Origin: Calditrichia bacterium
GTDB taxonomy: Bacteria; Calditrichota; Calditrichia; JAJRVZ01
Assembly: GCA_963796965.1 (NCBI GenBank)
Contig: CAWCNS010000005.1
Span: forward strand, 992,001-1,056,000
Reading direction: 5' to 3'
DNA length: 64,000 bases
How positions within the stretch are numbered: position 1 is the first letter of the stretch; each line of letters opens with the position of its first letter. This document shows positions 10,791-22,412 of this stretch, one piece after another. The position numbers and the translations under genes are program-made. The notes beneath the pieces are model-generated. The model saw only the letters and a program-made list of their open reading frames with translations. It was not told where the DNA came from and made no database searches.

Positions 10791-11236
10791 AGAACTTAGA
10801 ACCCTGAACTCTGAACCTTTAAAAAAACGGTCCCGGAAATCGGTGATCATCTATTACCGGATATTTTTCGCCATTGGGTTGGGAGGAAGGTTAACCCGGT
10901 AAGTACCCAAAACATCCAATAATTAATACACCAAATCCGGAACCGTCTAAGCCTCTTTTTTGGACAAATTCAGTTTTAATAATTAGCCACAGACTGACAC
11001 TGACTTTTATAAAAATAATAACTATTGTATAATTTAATGATCAGATTATAAGGCAAAACTCATAAAATGTTTCCCTCCCCCGTAAAACGGGGTCTTCGAC
11101 AGTCGACAGTATTCCGGTTGGCACATCTTCGACCGGGTAAAATCGTCCATCCCGACTTTCGCCAGAAAGTCGCAGAGAAATAAATATTTATGAACCTTTG
11201 CGCCTCTGCGTCTTTGCGAGAGATGAATTATCTGGC

Positions 11237-12230
11237 CTATATAATAAATATGAAATTGGCCATCCAGTAATTGGTTTTGAAACGCTGGGCATTGCCAAAA
11301 TCAAAAGCATACTTACCGGCCAGATAAAGACGGTTCGGAAACGGCCAGTAGCCAAGGGAAAAGCCTACGATGCTTTTACGGTCGTGATAGCTGGGATCCC
11401 AAAACACATCATTACCGCTGTCGTCTGTAACCTGCCAGTTAAAACCACCCTGAACAGCTACTTCCAGCCGTTCACTCAAATACTGGCTGACACCCCACTC
11501 AAGGGTGAACCTGTTCCCGGGATTCACTTGCGCATCTTTAATCTCCGTAGTCACTTCATAAGTCAGGCCCAGCATAACCGCCGTGGACTGATCCGGGAAC
11601 GGGATAGTAGTAGCCAAAAGTCTGGAACTGGTGTGTCCAGAATCCCATGCCGGTATTATCATCCGCCCCGGTCTCATATTTTCCTACAGGGGCATAAAAA
11701 CCGTAAAAGAAACTAAGGTCAAAACCATCAAATGACCACGCCAGGCCAAGGGGTGAAACATACAGATCACTCCAACCGCCGACGCTGCCCGATTCCGAAA
11801 TGGTCGTATCCAAAGTGCCGCTGGCGTCAAGTTGTAAAGCGCCGCTGGCATTAAAATAACTGGGGGAGATGCCGGCCAGATAAGAAGCACCACCGAGAAA
11901 ATTGGTTTCCGTGGCAAAGAAAAATGCTGGAACAGTGGCAAAGCCGCTGATATCCAAATTAAGATCGGCACCGCCAAGACTGGTCACTTCATTGCCTTCC
12001 CTGTCATAATAGGTATCGCTGTTGAACCACAGGTTATACCAGATGAGAAAAAAGCCGGGAGGCGGCGCGCCCATATCACGGACATTGATCACCCCGGGCG
12101 CATAGTGTCCGCTCTGCATAGGTGAGACCACCTGCGCGGATACAGGCATCGGATTAACAAATAATGCGGCAAGCAAAATCATAAAAACGAACAGCTGCCA
12201 TTTCAGTTGTGTTGAAAAAAATCGAGACAT
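11237..12230 (-). CDS. SphA / MetA-pathway (Phenol_MetA_deg-like) outer-membrane transporter (frameshifted)
   Basis: Signal peptide; PPPGFF, SDLYVSPLGLAW, YAPVGKY..NTGMGFWTH, FTLEWGVSQY; fragments 11556-12230 and 11237-11677. Confidence 0.7.
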
Positions 12231-12250
12231 TCGGTGCTCCTTTCTTTATT

Positions 12251-12445
12251 AACGCAGAGATGCTGAGAACGCAGAGTTCCGCAGTAGTATATGTTTTCAT
12301 TCTAATAGATTATTATCAAACCTGTATATTTATCATTGCACATCAATGAAAATTCCATGTCATTGCGAGGAACGTAGTGACGAAGCAATCTCCTATTATA
12401 TATAGATAATAATTTTCTTTGCGTTCTCTGCAATCTCTGCGTTTT
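12251..12445. repeat. Inverted 9-mer array (ACGCAGAG.. / CTCTGCGT) with a nested GTCATTGCGAGG..GAAGCAATCTC palindrome
   Basis: Arms at 12251-12285 and 12417-12445; similar element at 46177-46289 and a remnant at 11161-11220. Confidence 0.6.
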
Positions 12446-12461
12446 AGAAACATACTATAGG

Positions 12462-14006
12462 TTATTTTACTAATTCAAGATCATTTAATACCCAGGTTTT
12501 GTCGATATATCCCTCCAGAGGTCCATAAAAACGGAATACTAGGAAGAACCCTTTTTCAGCATTGGTAGGCACCCAATTCTTTTCTTTTCCTTTTGGTGCT
12601 TTGGCGCTGAAGTATACATCCACTGATCCATCGGCATTGGCTACCGGGTTTTCACGACTGCCTACCGACTTGTTTACATTGCCACCAACATCCAGCAGAC
12701 TACGTGTTGTTGGATCGTAAGCGGTAACCGCCCAAAAGTTCTTAACCGGTGGATTTGCTCCCACGCGCAATTTGTAGGTTTTGCTCCCATCAAGATATTG
12801 CCCTTTATTATCCCGGAAAGTGGTTAAATAAGCAGTACCTGCACCTGGTTTAGTTGCAATAAGAGCTGGAGAAACCACAATGGCAGGATAGTGCCAGAGT
12901 GTGCGTGCATCAATATCAGCTACGCCGTCACGTTCAAAAGTAGTATTGTATAAAAACATCTTTTCCCAATGACGACCTTCCCAATACTCAATATCCTTTT
13001 CGCGTGAGGCAAAAACAATGGCTCTGCACATGGCGGCACCTAATTTTGCTCCCTGGTCTAATATCTTTTGCATGCGCGCATCAGGATTAAAGGGTTCCCC
13101 TTTCTTAATTCCTAAAGTGGCTAATTTTCCTAATTGTTCCGCACTAAACAATGCAGTCGGTTCGTATTGTATAACCTCATTTAACATTTCAAATACAGAA
13201 CCATCTTCAGCGGGAAGCGAATTTAAACCAAGACCATTGGTATTTACTACTTTAAATTCACGTGGTCCGGTAGCCAAAGGATATATTTTTAGATTCTGTC
13301 TAAAATAGTCTAATGCTTTTTCGCCCGAACCAATATCACCCCAACCTCGCATCATGGTCCAAATACGATAACTGGGTGATTTAATTACGAAATATCCTTC
13401 AGGAATAGTTTTCGTATAGCCAGGAGGAACAAATAAATACTTACCACCCTTGCCTTTATCGGGACCCACAAAACCAATGTCGGTTAAAAATTTAAAGGCT
13501 GCATCATCGGCCGTGCCATACATACCAGCAGGGATTTCAACAACTGTAGCTCCATCCACTTTTAAATCGAGGGTGGCAACGGCATACACGGTAGAATTAT
13601 TTCCTGTAAGATATAATTCACTTGGAGTTAAACCCGGCCCGGGCATTACACCCACATCAGAAGCTGTTTTAAAACCAAAATCGCGAATTTGTCCTTTTAA
13701 AATACCATTCACCGAGAGTGTCGGGAAAAAATCAAGATAGGCTTGAGTGGCACGTTGTAAATCCATTTCATCATAGATTTTCTGAACGGATGCTTCGTCT
13801 GGAAAGGCCTCAAGTTCAAAGTTTAAGGTGCCGAAATTGGTTTGTATTTTATCCGGGGCCGGCTTGAAATCCTTATTGGTTTGTTTCTTACCGGCAGTTT
13901 CAAACAGGTTTCTGTTTTCACCGGTTTCCTGTGCCTGCATTGGAATAATCATTCCAATGATAAACAGGCCCGTTAATAGAATACTTAGTAATTTTTGTGT
14001 TTTCAT
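12462..14006 (-). CDS. DUF1254/DUF1214 exported protein, paralog 3
   Basis: Intact ORF; signal MKTQKLLSILL..PMQAQ; LTGNNSTVY, GPDKGKGGKYL, FWAVTAYD, FRFYGP. Confidence 0.9.
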   Translation of the reverse strand: MKTQKLLSILLTGLFIIGMIIPMQAQETGENRNLFETAGKKQTNKDFKPAPDKIQTNFGTLNFELEAFPDEASVQKIYDEMDLQRATQAYLDFFPTLSVNGILKGQIRDFGFKTASDVGVMPGPGLTPSELYLTGNNSTVYAVATLDLKVDGATVVEIPAGMYGTADDAAFKFLTDIGFVGPDKGKGGKYLFVPPGYTKTIPEGYFVIKSPSYRIWTMMRGWGDIGSGEKALDYFRQNLKIYPLATGPREFKVVNTNGLGLNSLPAEDGSVFEMLNEVIQYEPTALFSAEQLGKLATLGIKKGEPFNPDARMQKILDQGAKLGAAMCRAIVFASREKDIEYWEGRHWEKMFLYNTTFERDGVADIDARTLWHYPAIVVSPALIATKPGAGTAYLTTFRDNKGQYLDGSKTYKLRVGANPPVKNFWAVTAYDPTTRSLLDVGGNVNKSVGSRENPVANADGSVDVYFSAKAPKGKEKNWVPTNAEKGFFLVFRFYGPLEGYIDKTWVLNDLELVK

Positions 14007-14058
14007 TTTGTAACCTTTCATTTATTAAACAAGATTTAGATCTTATGATTGAAAGCTT

Positions 14059-15339
14059 CTAATCAATAAAATTCAATTTGGCAGCAAACTGAATGCGTTG
14101 AGCAAAGCCTTCTGTGTTATTTACAATTCTTTGTTTACCTGCCATGTATTCAACTCCTACGGAAAATCTTTTGAAAACGCCCCACCTGAGGTTGGCATGC
14201 ACGGTGGCGCCTAATTCCTGATTGTTGGGTGTTCGGTTAGCGGGACTTTGTAATTCGGCCCAGTTTAAAGAAAGTGTAGAAGCTCAGATTTGACAACCAA
14301 TAATGTTCAACACCCGCGGTGATATTGAGTACGGGAAAAGTATTAATAGAGCCATCCATATTGATTACTGCATCAGCACCCGGGCCAGCTACAGCAGCGA
14401 TATTTTGTCCCCAACCATTGCCATATGCAATTCCCCATACAAACTTGTCATATTTGGCAAAATTTAGTCTCCCTGAAAAATGGAAACCATACCCCATGCC
14501 AGTTGATGTTCCTAAACTATCACTCACCCATCTATGTTGTAAACCCTGGGCAGCAAGTTGTATATGTCCCAGGCGATGATTCCAGATAATACGTCCGGTT
14601 ATACTTGGCATGTATAGCATAGCCTGACCATCTATTCCATACGGGTTATCAAGTGAGCTGGCCGGGCTTTCGATGGCAGCTGCCCATTTAAAGTGTTTGC
14701 CGGCTGATTCCTCATAGCGGATTTGAACGGCACGCTTGAACACAAGTGCATCTCCAAATTCAAAATCAATGGTAGTTGGAAGCGCATTCAAGTCCATCAA
14801 CGTGATCCAATTCTGGCCAATGGTTAGATTGCCTACGGTTATTGATGCAATTCTTAGATGTGGGGTATAATCAGATGGCTCCTCGTTTTCAAAGAAATCA
14901 AATTCTATGTAGGCTCGCATGGGTATGTTACTTTTGCTTTTCCCACGAAAATCAAAAATAAGCCGTGATTCTTTTGCATGAAACGTGGTTTGCCCCCCCA
15001 GCTTTCTTTCGGGCGAACCATCCAAGCCAATGGTTCCGGTAACAAATTCACTTCTGTCGCCCACGTAGTCCAGGTCAACAATAAAGTCAGTCTTAACATA
15101 TCCTCCAATTGCTAATCGGATATTGGTACCCGGAATAGGAATTGAATTTGGAAATTCCTTATCGATATAGTCAGATAAGGAACTTCCACTAAGTGTTTGT
15201 GAATAATACAACTCAGCATTTGACTTTATAACTTGTTTAGTAGTATCTTAGAAATCGTATCGTTTTGGGCAAACAATACGAATGGAAATAATAGAAAAAT
15301 GACCGTCTGAATTGCACTGAATAAAATATTATTTTTCAT
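14059..15339 (-). CDS. DcaP-family outer-membrane porin (frameshifted at both ends)
   Basis: IGGYVKTDF, HAKESRL, AYIEFDF, IGQNW, VQIRY; signal peptide from ATG 15339; C-terminal LNFID in another frame. Confidence 0.75.
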
Positions 15340-15360
15340 TTCTAAATTACCTTAAATAAA

Positions 15361-16593
15361 TTATGATGTCTTTGTTGGTTTAATGATAGTATTTCCTATA
15401 AGTAAACCTGCAGCTAGTGTAATGGCAACAATAAACATCTGCATAAATTCTATCCCACCGGTATGCATGTCTCCAGTAGCAAAGGCTGCCAAACCCCTGA
15501 ATCCAATTGAACCGCTTACGAGTAGAATAAATGCCGGCACCAATACTATAGAAGGTGGTCGTCCGGTTTTTCTTGCCCAAATATTTGTAAATAATACCAG
15601 CAGAATAGTCCCCATTAAATTTCCAAAATTTGAACCTGCCATATTACTTCCCAGCAGTATCCCTCCATAGGCTATACCCATAGCCAGGCATGTCCAAAAA
15701 AAGTCTCTATAAGGAGTCTGCATTGCTATTCCAAGACCAACTATTATCAATGGCATAAAAAACCAGAGCCATTGAGAATCAATAGGTATTGCTGCAATGG
15801 CAACGGGGAAAGACAAGAAAAGAGAAACGGCCTTTACACCAAGCCATGCACCAGCAAATTGTTTAAACAGATAGATCAGGCCACCTACCAGGTTGGAAAG
15901 GCCAGAGTTGATGTGTTTACTAACAATTTCCACCACACCCACACTTACTGAATATCCGGGAATCAAAATTAAAATGGCCGAAAGTGTTACTAATACTACA
16001 TTAATTTCGGGAAAAAAGAAGCGTGAAATACCAGCCAATATGCCTGCCACAAAAGCGGTGGATATTGGAAGCCATTCTGCCGCAAGTGGCCCCTTGCTAC
16101 CCGATTTCATAACCATGAAGAAAACCACAAGACTGAAAATGCCGGAGAGTATCAAATCCATCCACGATCCCCCCAAGAGCACCGGAAAGGCTACACCAAC
16201 CAGTACATAACTCAGGGCCGTTGTAAAATTTCCCCAGGGATGTGCTAGTTTATCAATTTCATCCAATCGCTTACTTGCCTGGGCAATGGATAATTTACCA
16301 TTTTCCATATCATTGATAAGTTCACCCACCTTTGCCAGGCGGTTTAACTCGGTACCTGTTCCGCTCATGGCAGATATATGTATCTTTTGCCATTCAGTCC
16401 CATCTTGTGAAAATGCAAAGCTTATCTGGTCAGGTGTAGAACGAAAAATACCTTGGTAACCAAAAAATTTTGTTATTCGGTTGAGGTACCATTCGAGCCT
16501 GGCTGCGTTTGGTCCATATCCATGAATCTTTTCGCCCAGTTTGATGACAAAGCGGCATGCTTCGTTAAAGTCAGGTTTTGAAGAGTTGTCCAT
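15361..16593 (-). CDS. ThrE-family threonine/serine exporter-like membrane protein
   Basis: N-terminal YGPNAARLE, many hydrophobic helices, ILILIPG and ILLVSGSIGF motifs. Confidence 0.8.
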   Translation of the reverse strand: MDNSSKPDFNEACRFVIKLGEKIHGYGPNAARLEWYLNRITKFFGYQGIFRSTPDQISFAFSQDGTEWQKIHISAMSGTGTELNRLAKVGELINDMENGKLSIAQASKRLDEIDKLAHPWGNFTTALSYVLVGVAFPVLLGGSWMDLILSGIFSLVVFFMVMKSGSKGPLAAEWLPISTAFVAGILAGISRFFFPEINVVLVTLSAILILIPGYSVSVGVVEIVSKHINSGLSNLVGGLIYLFKQFAGAWLGVKAVSLFLSFPVAIAAIPIDSQWLWFFMPLIIVGLGIAMQTPYRDFFWTCLAMGIAYGGILLGSNMAGSNFGNLMGTILLVLFTNIWARKTGRPPSIVLVPAFILLVSGSIGFRGLAAFATGDMHTGGIEFMQMFIVAITLAAGLLIGNTIIKPTKTS

Positions 16594-16643
16594 ATAATTA
16601 TTCCCATTGTATTAAAAATATTATTGAATCCATTTCAAATAAA

Positions 16644-17659
16644 TCAGCAGCAAAAGCTACTATTATGTTCCTTTACTATACATTCATTCCAATGCGTCTT
16701 CAACAGCCTTAAAATTGATTGTCCCTTTTTTGGCAATAAAAACCAGCTCTTGTTTCTTTCTTGTCATCAGCCCAATGACCTGTAACTGCTAAGAGTTGCC
16801 CGTCTGCCACCAGTTGAAGTAAAATTCGCTTATGTGGTTTTTCGGCAGCATAAATAAAACCCTTTACCCGATAAACAGATTTGGGAATATGTTTCAAAAA
16901 TATCTGTAGGGCTTCGAGGCTTAAAGGCTCCTTAGATTCGAATGTCCAGGTTTCGAACTCAATACCATGAGCATGGTTATGTTCCCTATGTTTATCCAAT
17001 GTCAATACATCACCATTTATAGGTCTTGACGCCAGATTGCCATTTATTCCGAGTAAAATTTCAAGTGGAATCTTACTGTGTGAAGTCTCCAGGATTTGCA
17101 GGCTGGAATTTATCTTGACTATCCAATCATGCACTTTTCTCATCGTTTCTTCGTTCACGAGGTCCGTTTTATTTAGGACTACAAGATTTGCCCCTTCAAT
17201 CTGTTTCTTCGCCATCTTCAATGACTCCTCATCATCAATCAACAACAACTGTTCAGCATCAACTAAAGTGATAACCCCATCCAGCAAAATTGCACTTCTG
17301 ATTTCGGGAGTCATAAGGGCATTCACCACACTTTCGGGATAGGCAATTCCACTCGATTCGATCAAGAATGTGGTCGAGTTCATTCTCTGTTTCAGCCAGT
17401 TTTAATACGGAGCTGATCAGGTCGTTACGGGTGACACAACAAATACAACCATTGGCCAGACTCACCATTCCTTCATTCACATCACTGATCAATTCAGCAT
17501 CGATGTTGATGGATCCAAAATCATTCACAACCACCCCTATTCGTAAGCCGTGATCACTGTTGAGAACATGATTGATCAATGTGGTTTTACCAGACCCCAG
17601 GAACCCGGCCACTACTGTGACCGGGGTGGAGCTGTGTTCATATTGCTTTTTGAAGTCAT
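16644..17659 (-). CDS. CobW/COG0523 metal-chaperone GTPase (frameshifted)
   Basis: GFLGSGKTT, VVVNDFG, NGCICC, LNKTDL, His-rich linker HREHNHAH, CobW_C motif YRVKG. Both ends are approximate. Confidence 0.85.
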
Positions 17660-17665
17660 GTATAT

Positions 17666-18991
17666 CTACAATTCGTTTTTATAAACTTTCCCATCTTTTA
17701 CAATGAGTTTCAGGTGCTCTTCATGCTTTTCCACAATCTCAACATCTTCAATTGGATTCTTGTCGTAAATCAGGACATCGGCCATGGCGCCTTCTTCAAT
17801 CACGCCGAGTTTTCCGTATATATTTCGCTTGCCGCACAGTGCTACACAATCCGCGGCGTTTCCGGTGGCCTGGATCATGATTTCCGCAGAGGTGAACCAG
17901 GGCTTTCTTAGCGTGAGGTCCTTGAGCTGGTCCTTCCTTCCTTCGTAATCAAAGAGCAGGTCGGTGCCGTACACCATCTTGACCTTGTACTTCTTAGCCA
18001 GCTTGAACATATTGTCCATACCATCAAGGGCTTGCTTCAGTTTGCCGGCGCGGACTGGATCGGTATAGATGGGCTTCAGCATCGCCATCACATATACCTG
18101 AGGAGAGAGGATGGCCTCTTTTTCCGCCAGCAATTCCATGGCTTCTTCATCGATGAGGTGGCCATGTTCAATGGTCTTGACCCCTGCATTGAGTGCTCTT
18201 TTGATACCGACAGGATTAAACACATGGGTTGCCACATAGGTGCCGTAGTCTTCGGCTACCCTTACCGCGGCCCTGGTTTCTTCCTCGAAGAACTCATTCA
18301 CATAAAGCGGATCGGTAAAGGATGAGACGCCCCCACCGTTGGCGATCTTAATAAAATCAGCGCCAAGGTAAAGATTATGACGTGCCGCAGCCATCACCTG
18401 GTCGACACCTGTGGCCAGAATACCGCAGTTCATTTCAGAACGCTCCACGGTACTAATGGGGCCACCCCATTCCTTGGGCATATCGTTAGGGTTACGAAAA
18501 TCAACATGGCCCGAATACTGTGCAATCAAACTGCCCGATCCATAGATCCTGGGGCCGGGCAACATTCCAGTGTTGACTGCTTTTCTCAATCCAAAGATAT
18601 TGCCTCCCACATCACGGCAGGTAGTAACCCCGCGCATGAGCATGTCTTCCGCCTCACGAACAGCCATACAGGTGACATACTGGAAGGGACCATTGAAAAA
18701 CTCCGCCTGCGACACGCCCATCATTAAATGCAAATGATTGTCGATAATACCCGGTGAAAGGTATCCATGTTTGCCATCGATAACCTTTCCATACTCACCC
18801 TCATTACTGCTGCCAGCCGGGATGATCTTTTCAATTTTGTTATCGAGTAGAACTACATCTTTTCCTTTGATAAGATCTTCTGATCTTCCATCAAAGATGC
18901 TGATGTTTTTAATGAGTGTTAAGTGCTCATTCATAAGAGGCGCATGTGGCCCCTTGTTGTCGGAATGTGGATTTGGATGTCTGTTTCCCAT
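17666..18991 (-). CDS. Metal-dependent amidohydrolase (Xaa-Pro dipeptidase-like)
   Basis: PGIIDNHLH, GVTTCRDVGG, IKIANGGGV, TIEHGH, GTD, ADVLI. Confidence 0.85.
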   Translation of the reverse strand: MGNRHPNPHSDNKGPHAPLMNEHLTLIKNISIFDGRSEDLIKGKDVVLLDNKIEKIIPAGSSNEGEYGKVIDGKHGYLSPGIIDNHLHLMMGVSQAEFFNGPFQYVTCMAVREAEDMLMRGVTTCRDVGGNIFGLRKAVNTGMLPGPRIYGSGSLIAQYSGHVDFRNPNDMPKEWGGPISTVERSEMNCGILATGVDQVMAAARHNLYLGADFIKIANGGGVSSFTDPLYVNEFFEEETRAAVRVAEDYGTYVATHVFNPVGIKRALNAGVKTIEHGHLIDEEAMELLAEKEAILSPQVYVMAMLKPIYTDPVRAGKLKQALDGMDNMFKLAKKYKVKMVYGTDLLFDYEGRKDQLKDLTLRKPWFTSAEIMIQATGNAADCVALCGKRNIYGKLGVIEEGAMADVLIYDKNPIEDVEIVEKHEEHLKLIVKDGKVYKNEL

Positions 18992-19029
18992 TTTGTTTCT
19001 AAATTTAATGGTTAATAAAAAAAAAGTTT

Positions 19030-20551
19030 CTATTTTCTAATTGGTCCGCGAACGGCCTGACCAGGCATAGCTTCGGTATCCAGTTTTTCGTCTTTGATTA
19101 AAAAAGTACCATTTACTATCACGTGTTTCATGCCCACAGATAATTGGCAAGGCTCTGTAAATGTTCCTTTTTCTGTTATGGTTTCGGGATCGAAAACGAC
19201 AATGTCAGCATCCATACCTTCCTGGAGGCGTCCTTTTTTCTTTAAGGCAGGTGCGCAGTCTCCAAAAATCAAACAAGCATTCAGTGAGGCAGCACGAATG
19301 GCATCCATCCAACTCAAGACTTTGCGTTCGCGAACCCATCGGCGCATAAAACGGCTATAGTTTCCTGCCGCCCGTGGATGACTTTGGAGTCCCTCAGGCA
19401 GTGGCCATTCTGAACCTTTGTAAAAGGCACCTTTGGCATCAACCCATGGAATAGCATCCGTACATATAGCCGTTCCCGGGAAAAGTACCGACATATCCAA
19501 TAAGGAAGCATCATGCGCATTATTTTCTTCATCCAGAAAATGCACAACAACAGCGTCACCGGGATTTGCATCGCGGTCTGCCACAAATTCTTCTTTGCTT
19601 TTAAAAGTTTGATTATTCCTGAACCAGCGTGAAGTTTTCCCAATGAATCGACATTCGCTGTTCTACGTCTGATGGATTAAATTCAGCTGCACCAATGGCC
19701 GAGCTGCCTGCTCCATATACGTAAGCTTCAGTAGTCACTTTCAGGCCACTGTCCTGGGCTTTTTTAACGATATCCCGGATTTTAGGAATGTCGCGAAGAC
19801 TGGTGCTGTTCCAGTGGCAAACATGGGTATGTGCCCCTGTTGCAGCCGCCAATCCCACCAGCTCAATCATGCTTCTTACGCCAGAGTTTGGATCAAGGGT
19901 TGAAAGGTTCTGAATATGCGTATAAGTGGGTACATTGTATTTTGCAGCCAACTCCCAGATGGCATATAATTCCTTCAGGCCGGCTCCCGGCGCATAACCC
20001 CAGAGCATACCGATACCGATACCACCTTCTTTGATACCCTGCTCGGTCATTTCAAGAATTTTTTCAAGTTGTTCCTCTGTAGAAACTTCCTCTGTCCATT
20101 CCTTAACACTGAATTTCGGGAATATATATTCAGTTTCAGGAACAGGTTTTCCGTTTACCGCGAGCTCCGGACTCATGGTAACACATCTGGCAAATCCCCA
20201 GCCCGATGACACACCATAATTAATTGGCCGTCCTTCTTTTTCGCAGTTATCGTAAAATTCTGCTACAGGCAAAACTCCTGCTTCCAATTCAAGGGCGGTG
20301 GTTAAACCATCGAAAGCCTGGATACGGTTGCTTGGAATGGACATCCCATGTGAATGGGTGTCGATAAAACCGGGTGATACAATCATGCCCGACACATCGA
20401 GTTCCTGTTTCCCCGAAAGTGGCTGGTCTGATACGGCTGCAATTTGCCCGCCATTGATCCCAACATTAAACGTTCCGTCGAGATAGGTTTCCGGATCGAT
20501 AACCCGGCCACCGGAAAGTACTACATCGAATTGTTTTTTTTGATCTGTCAT
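19030..20551 (-). CDS. N-acyl-D-amino-acid deacylase-like amidohydrolase (frameshift near 19615)
   Basis: GGRVIDPET, PGFIDTHSH, DGLTTALELE, HPRAAG, KGRLQEGMDADIVVFDP. Confidence 0.8.
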
Positions 20552-20648
20552 TAGTATTTTCCTTCTATTTTGACTAATAGATTAATTAATTATTTATAAA
20601 ATGTTTCTAATTGATCCGCGAACAGCTTTCTGACTTTTTTAGCAAGCC

Positions 20649-22301
20649 CTATTTATGATTATGGTCAACAAAATCACAACGATTAAGCTGGCTTGTTCCA
20701 CTGAAATCCACTGGCATAGTTGAAAACTGTTTAATCCAATTGTCTTTACTTAAGGTCAAAAAGCGACCTTTTTCTTCTACTGCAAAACGAATAGGCTGAC
20801 CCGGATTTACACCTTTAATTGGCTCTGAATCTTTCATTACAATTACTCCATTTACAATAACATATGGAATACCTGTTGAAGGTAAAGTACCTTTGACATA
20901 AGTAGAATTATCAGTTACTGTTTCCGGGTTAAAAATGGTTATATCAGCAACCATTCCTACTTGCATACGACCGCGAACCTGCATGTCTTTTAATCCCATT
21001 TTACCAAGTGGTAATGCCGTATTATAACTGGTCATGGCAACAAGTTGCATTAAAGGTATATTATTTTCCCGGGCCATTCTTAGGGCTTTTGCATAAGAAC
21101 CTGCTGTTCGAGGATGCGTATTGGGTAATTCTTCGTAAGGTGTATCCCACTTAAGGTCATCGTCTGGAAATAAAGGCATACCATCACTACCAATTGCAAC
21201 GCCCGGAAATTTTAACCAATCAAGGATTGCAGATTTATCAATTTTATAGACTAGTACTTGTCGTGTGGGTTCCTTTTTTAACATTTCTGCGCGCGATTCA
21301 GGTGTGTAAAATTCACCTGTTTCTACATCCTGAATCGTTTTCTCATAAACATGCCCTAATTGATCTTGCCAAATCTCAGGATTAAGAAAAACAGCATTTA
21401 GCGCTGTTGATCCGGCAGCATAAGGATACAATTCACCCCAAACATTATAACCTTGTTCGCGCATTCGAACCATTAGCTCGTGTACCAAATTATAACCGGG
21501 GTTATTAAAATGACATGCTAAAGCAGGAGCTCTTAATGCTGCTGCATTTGCAAGCATCTCTTGTATGCCATTAGTTTCTCCAACATCAGAACCAGGTGTA
21601 TATCTAAAATGCATTCCAATCTGACGACCGTAGAAACCACTTAGTTTTTGTAATTCAAAAATTTCACGAGCTGATACACCCTCTCGCATATATCCAACCG
21701 TGGAACCAATACCTATTCCACCCTGACGCAAGCCTTCATCAATTTGTGTGAGGATTTTGTTGCCTTGATCCAGAGTAGGTCGCGTAGCAGACCATCCCTT
21801 ATTCTTTCGAGAACTTAATGCATCCGGAGTATTGATATATTTCCAGTCGTTAAAACCATCGATAACAGAAGCCCGGGCAAATTCATGCGCAACAGCAACA
21901 CCATAGTTTATTGGCGTATTCCCTTCGTGTAATTTATACCAATCATCTAATTTTGGGCCATGAGCACCAATTTCAAGATCCATAATAGTGGTTCTTCCAT
22001 CGCGCACCATTAAGCGATATATATATGGTTCTATGCAGTGTTGATGACTGTCGATAAACCCGGGTGCAACAACATGTCCCTTTGGCATCAATGGTTTCTT
22101 TTCCTTTAATTCCGTCTTTTGTTAATGATTACAATTTTTCCATCTTTAATGCCTACATTTCTGTACTGCATCAAACATAGTTTCCGGATCCATTACCCGG
22201 CCATTGAGTATAACCAGATCATAGGTCTGCGCCATCACCAAAGAACCGGTCATCATTATGATGGCCATAATGCTATAAAGTTTTCTGCTAAAAATAGTCA
22301 T
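20649..22301 (-). CDS. Exported N-acyl-D-amino-acid deacylase-like amidohydrolase (frameshift near 22090)
   Basis: Signal peptide then YDLVILNGRVMDPET from ATG 22301; PGFIDSHQH, GSDG, HPRTAG, ADITIFNP. Confidence 0.8.
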
Positions 22302-22412
22302 AAGATTAATCTCCTTTCTATAAAATGATTGTTAAACAAGCTCGTTAATAGAAAACTTGGTAATTTTTGTGTTTTCATTTTAATAATTTTATAACTATTC
22401 GGTATCATATTT

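Noticed and set aside
11041..11165. Possible known riboswitch in the GC-rich intergenic stretch
   Set aside because: Small hairpins are present but I could not match a cobalamin, c-di-GMP, TPP or SAM consensus; an Rfam search is needed.
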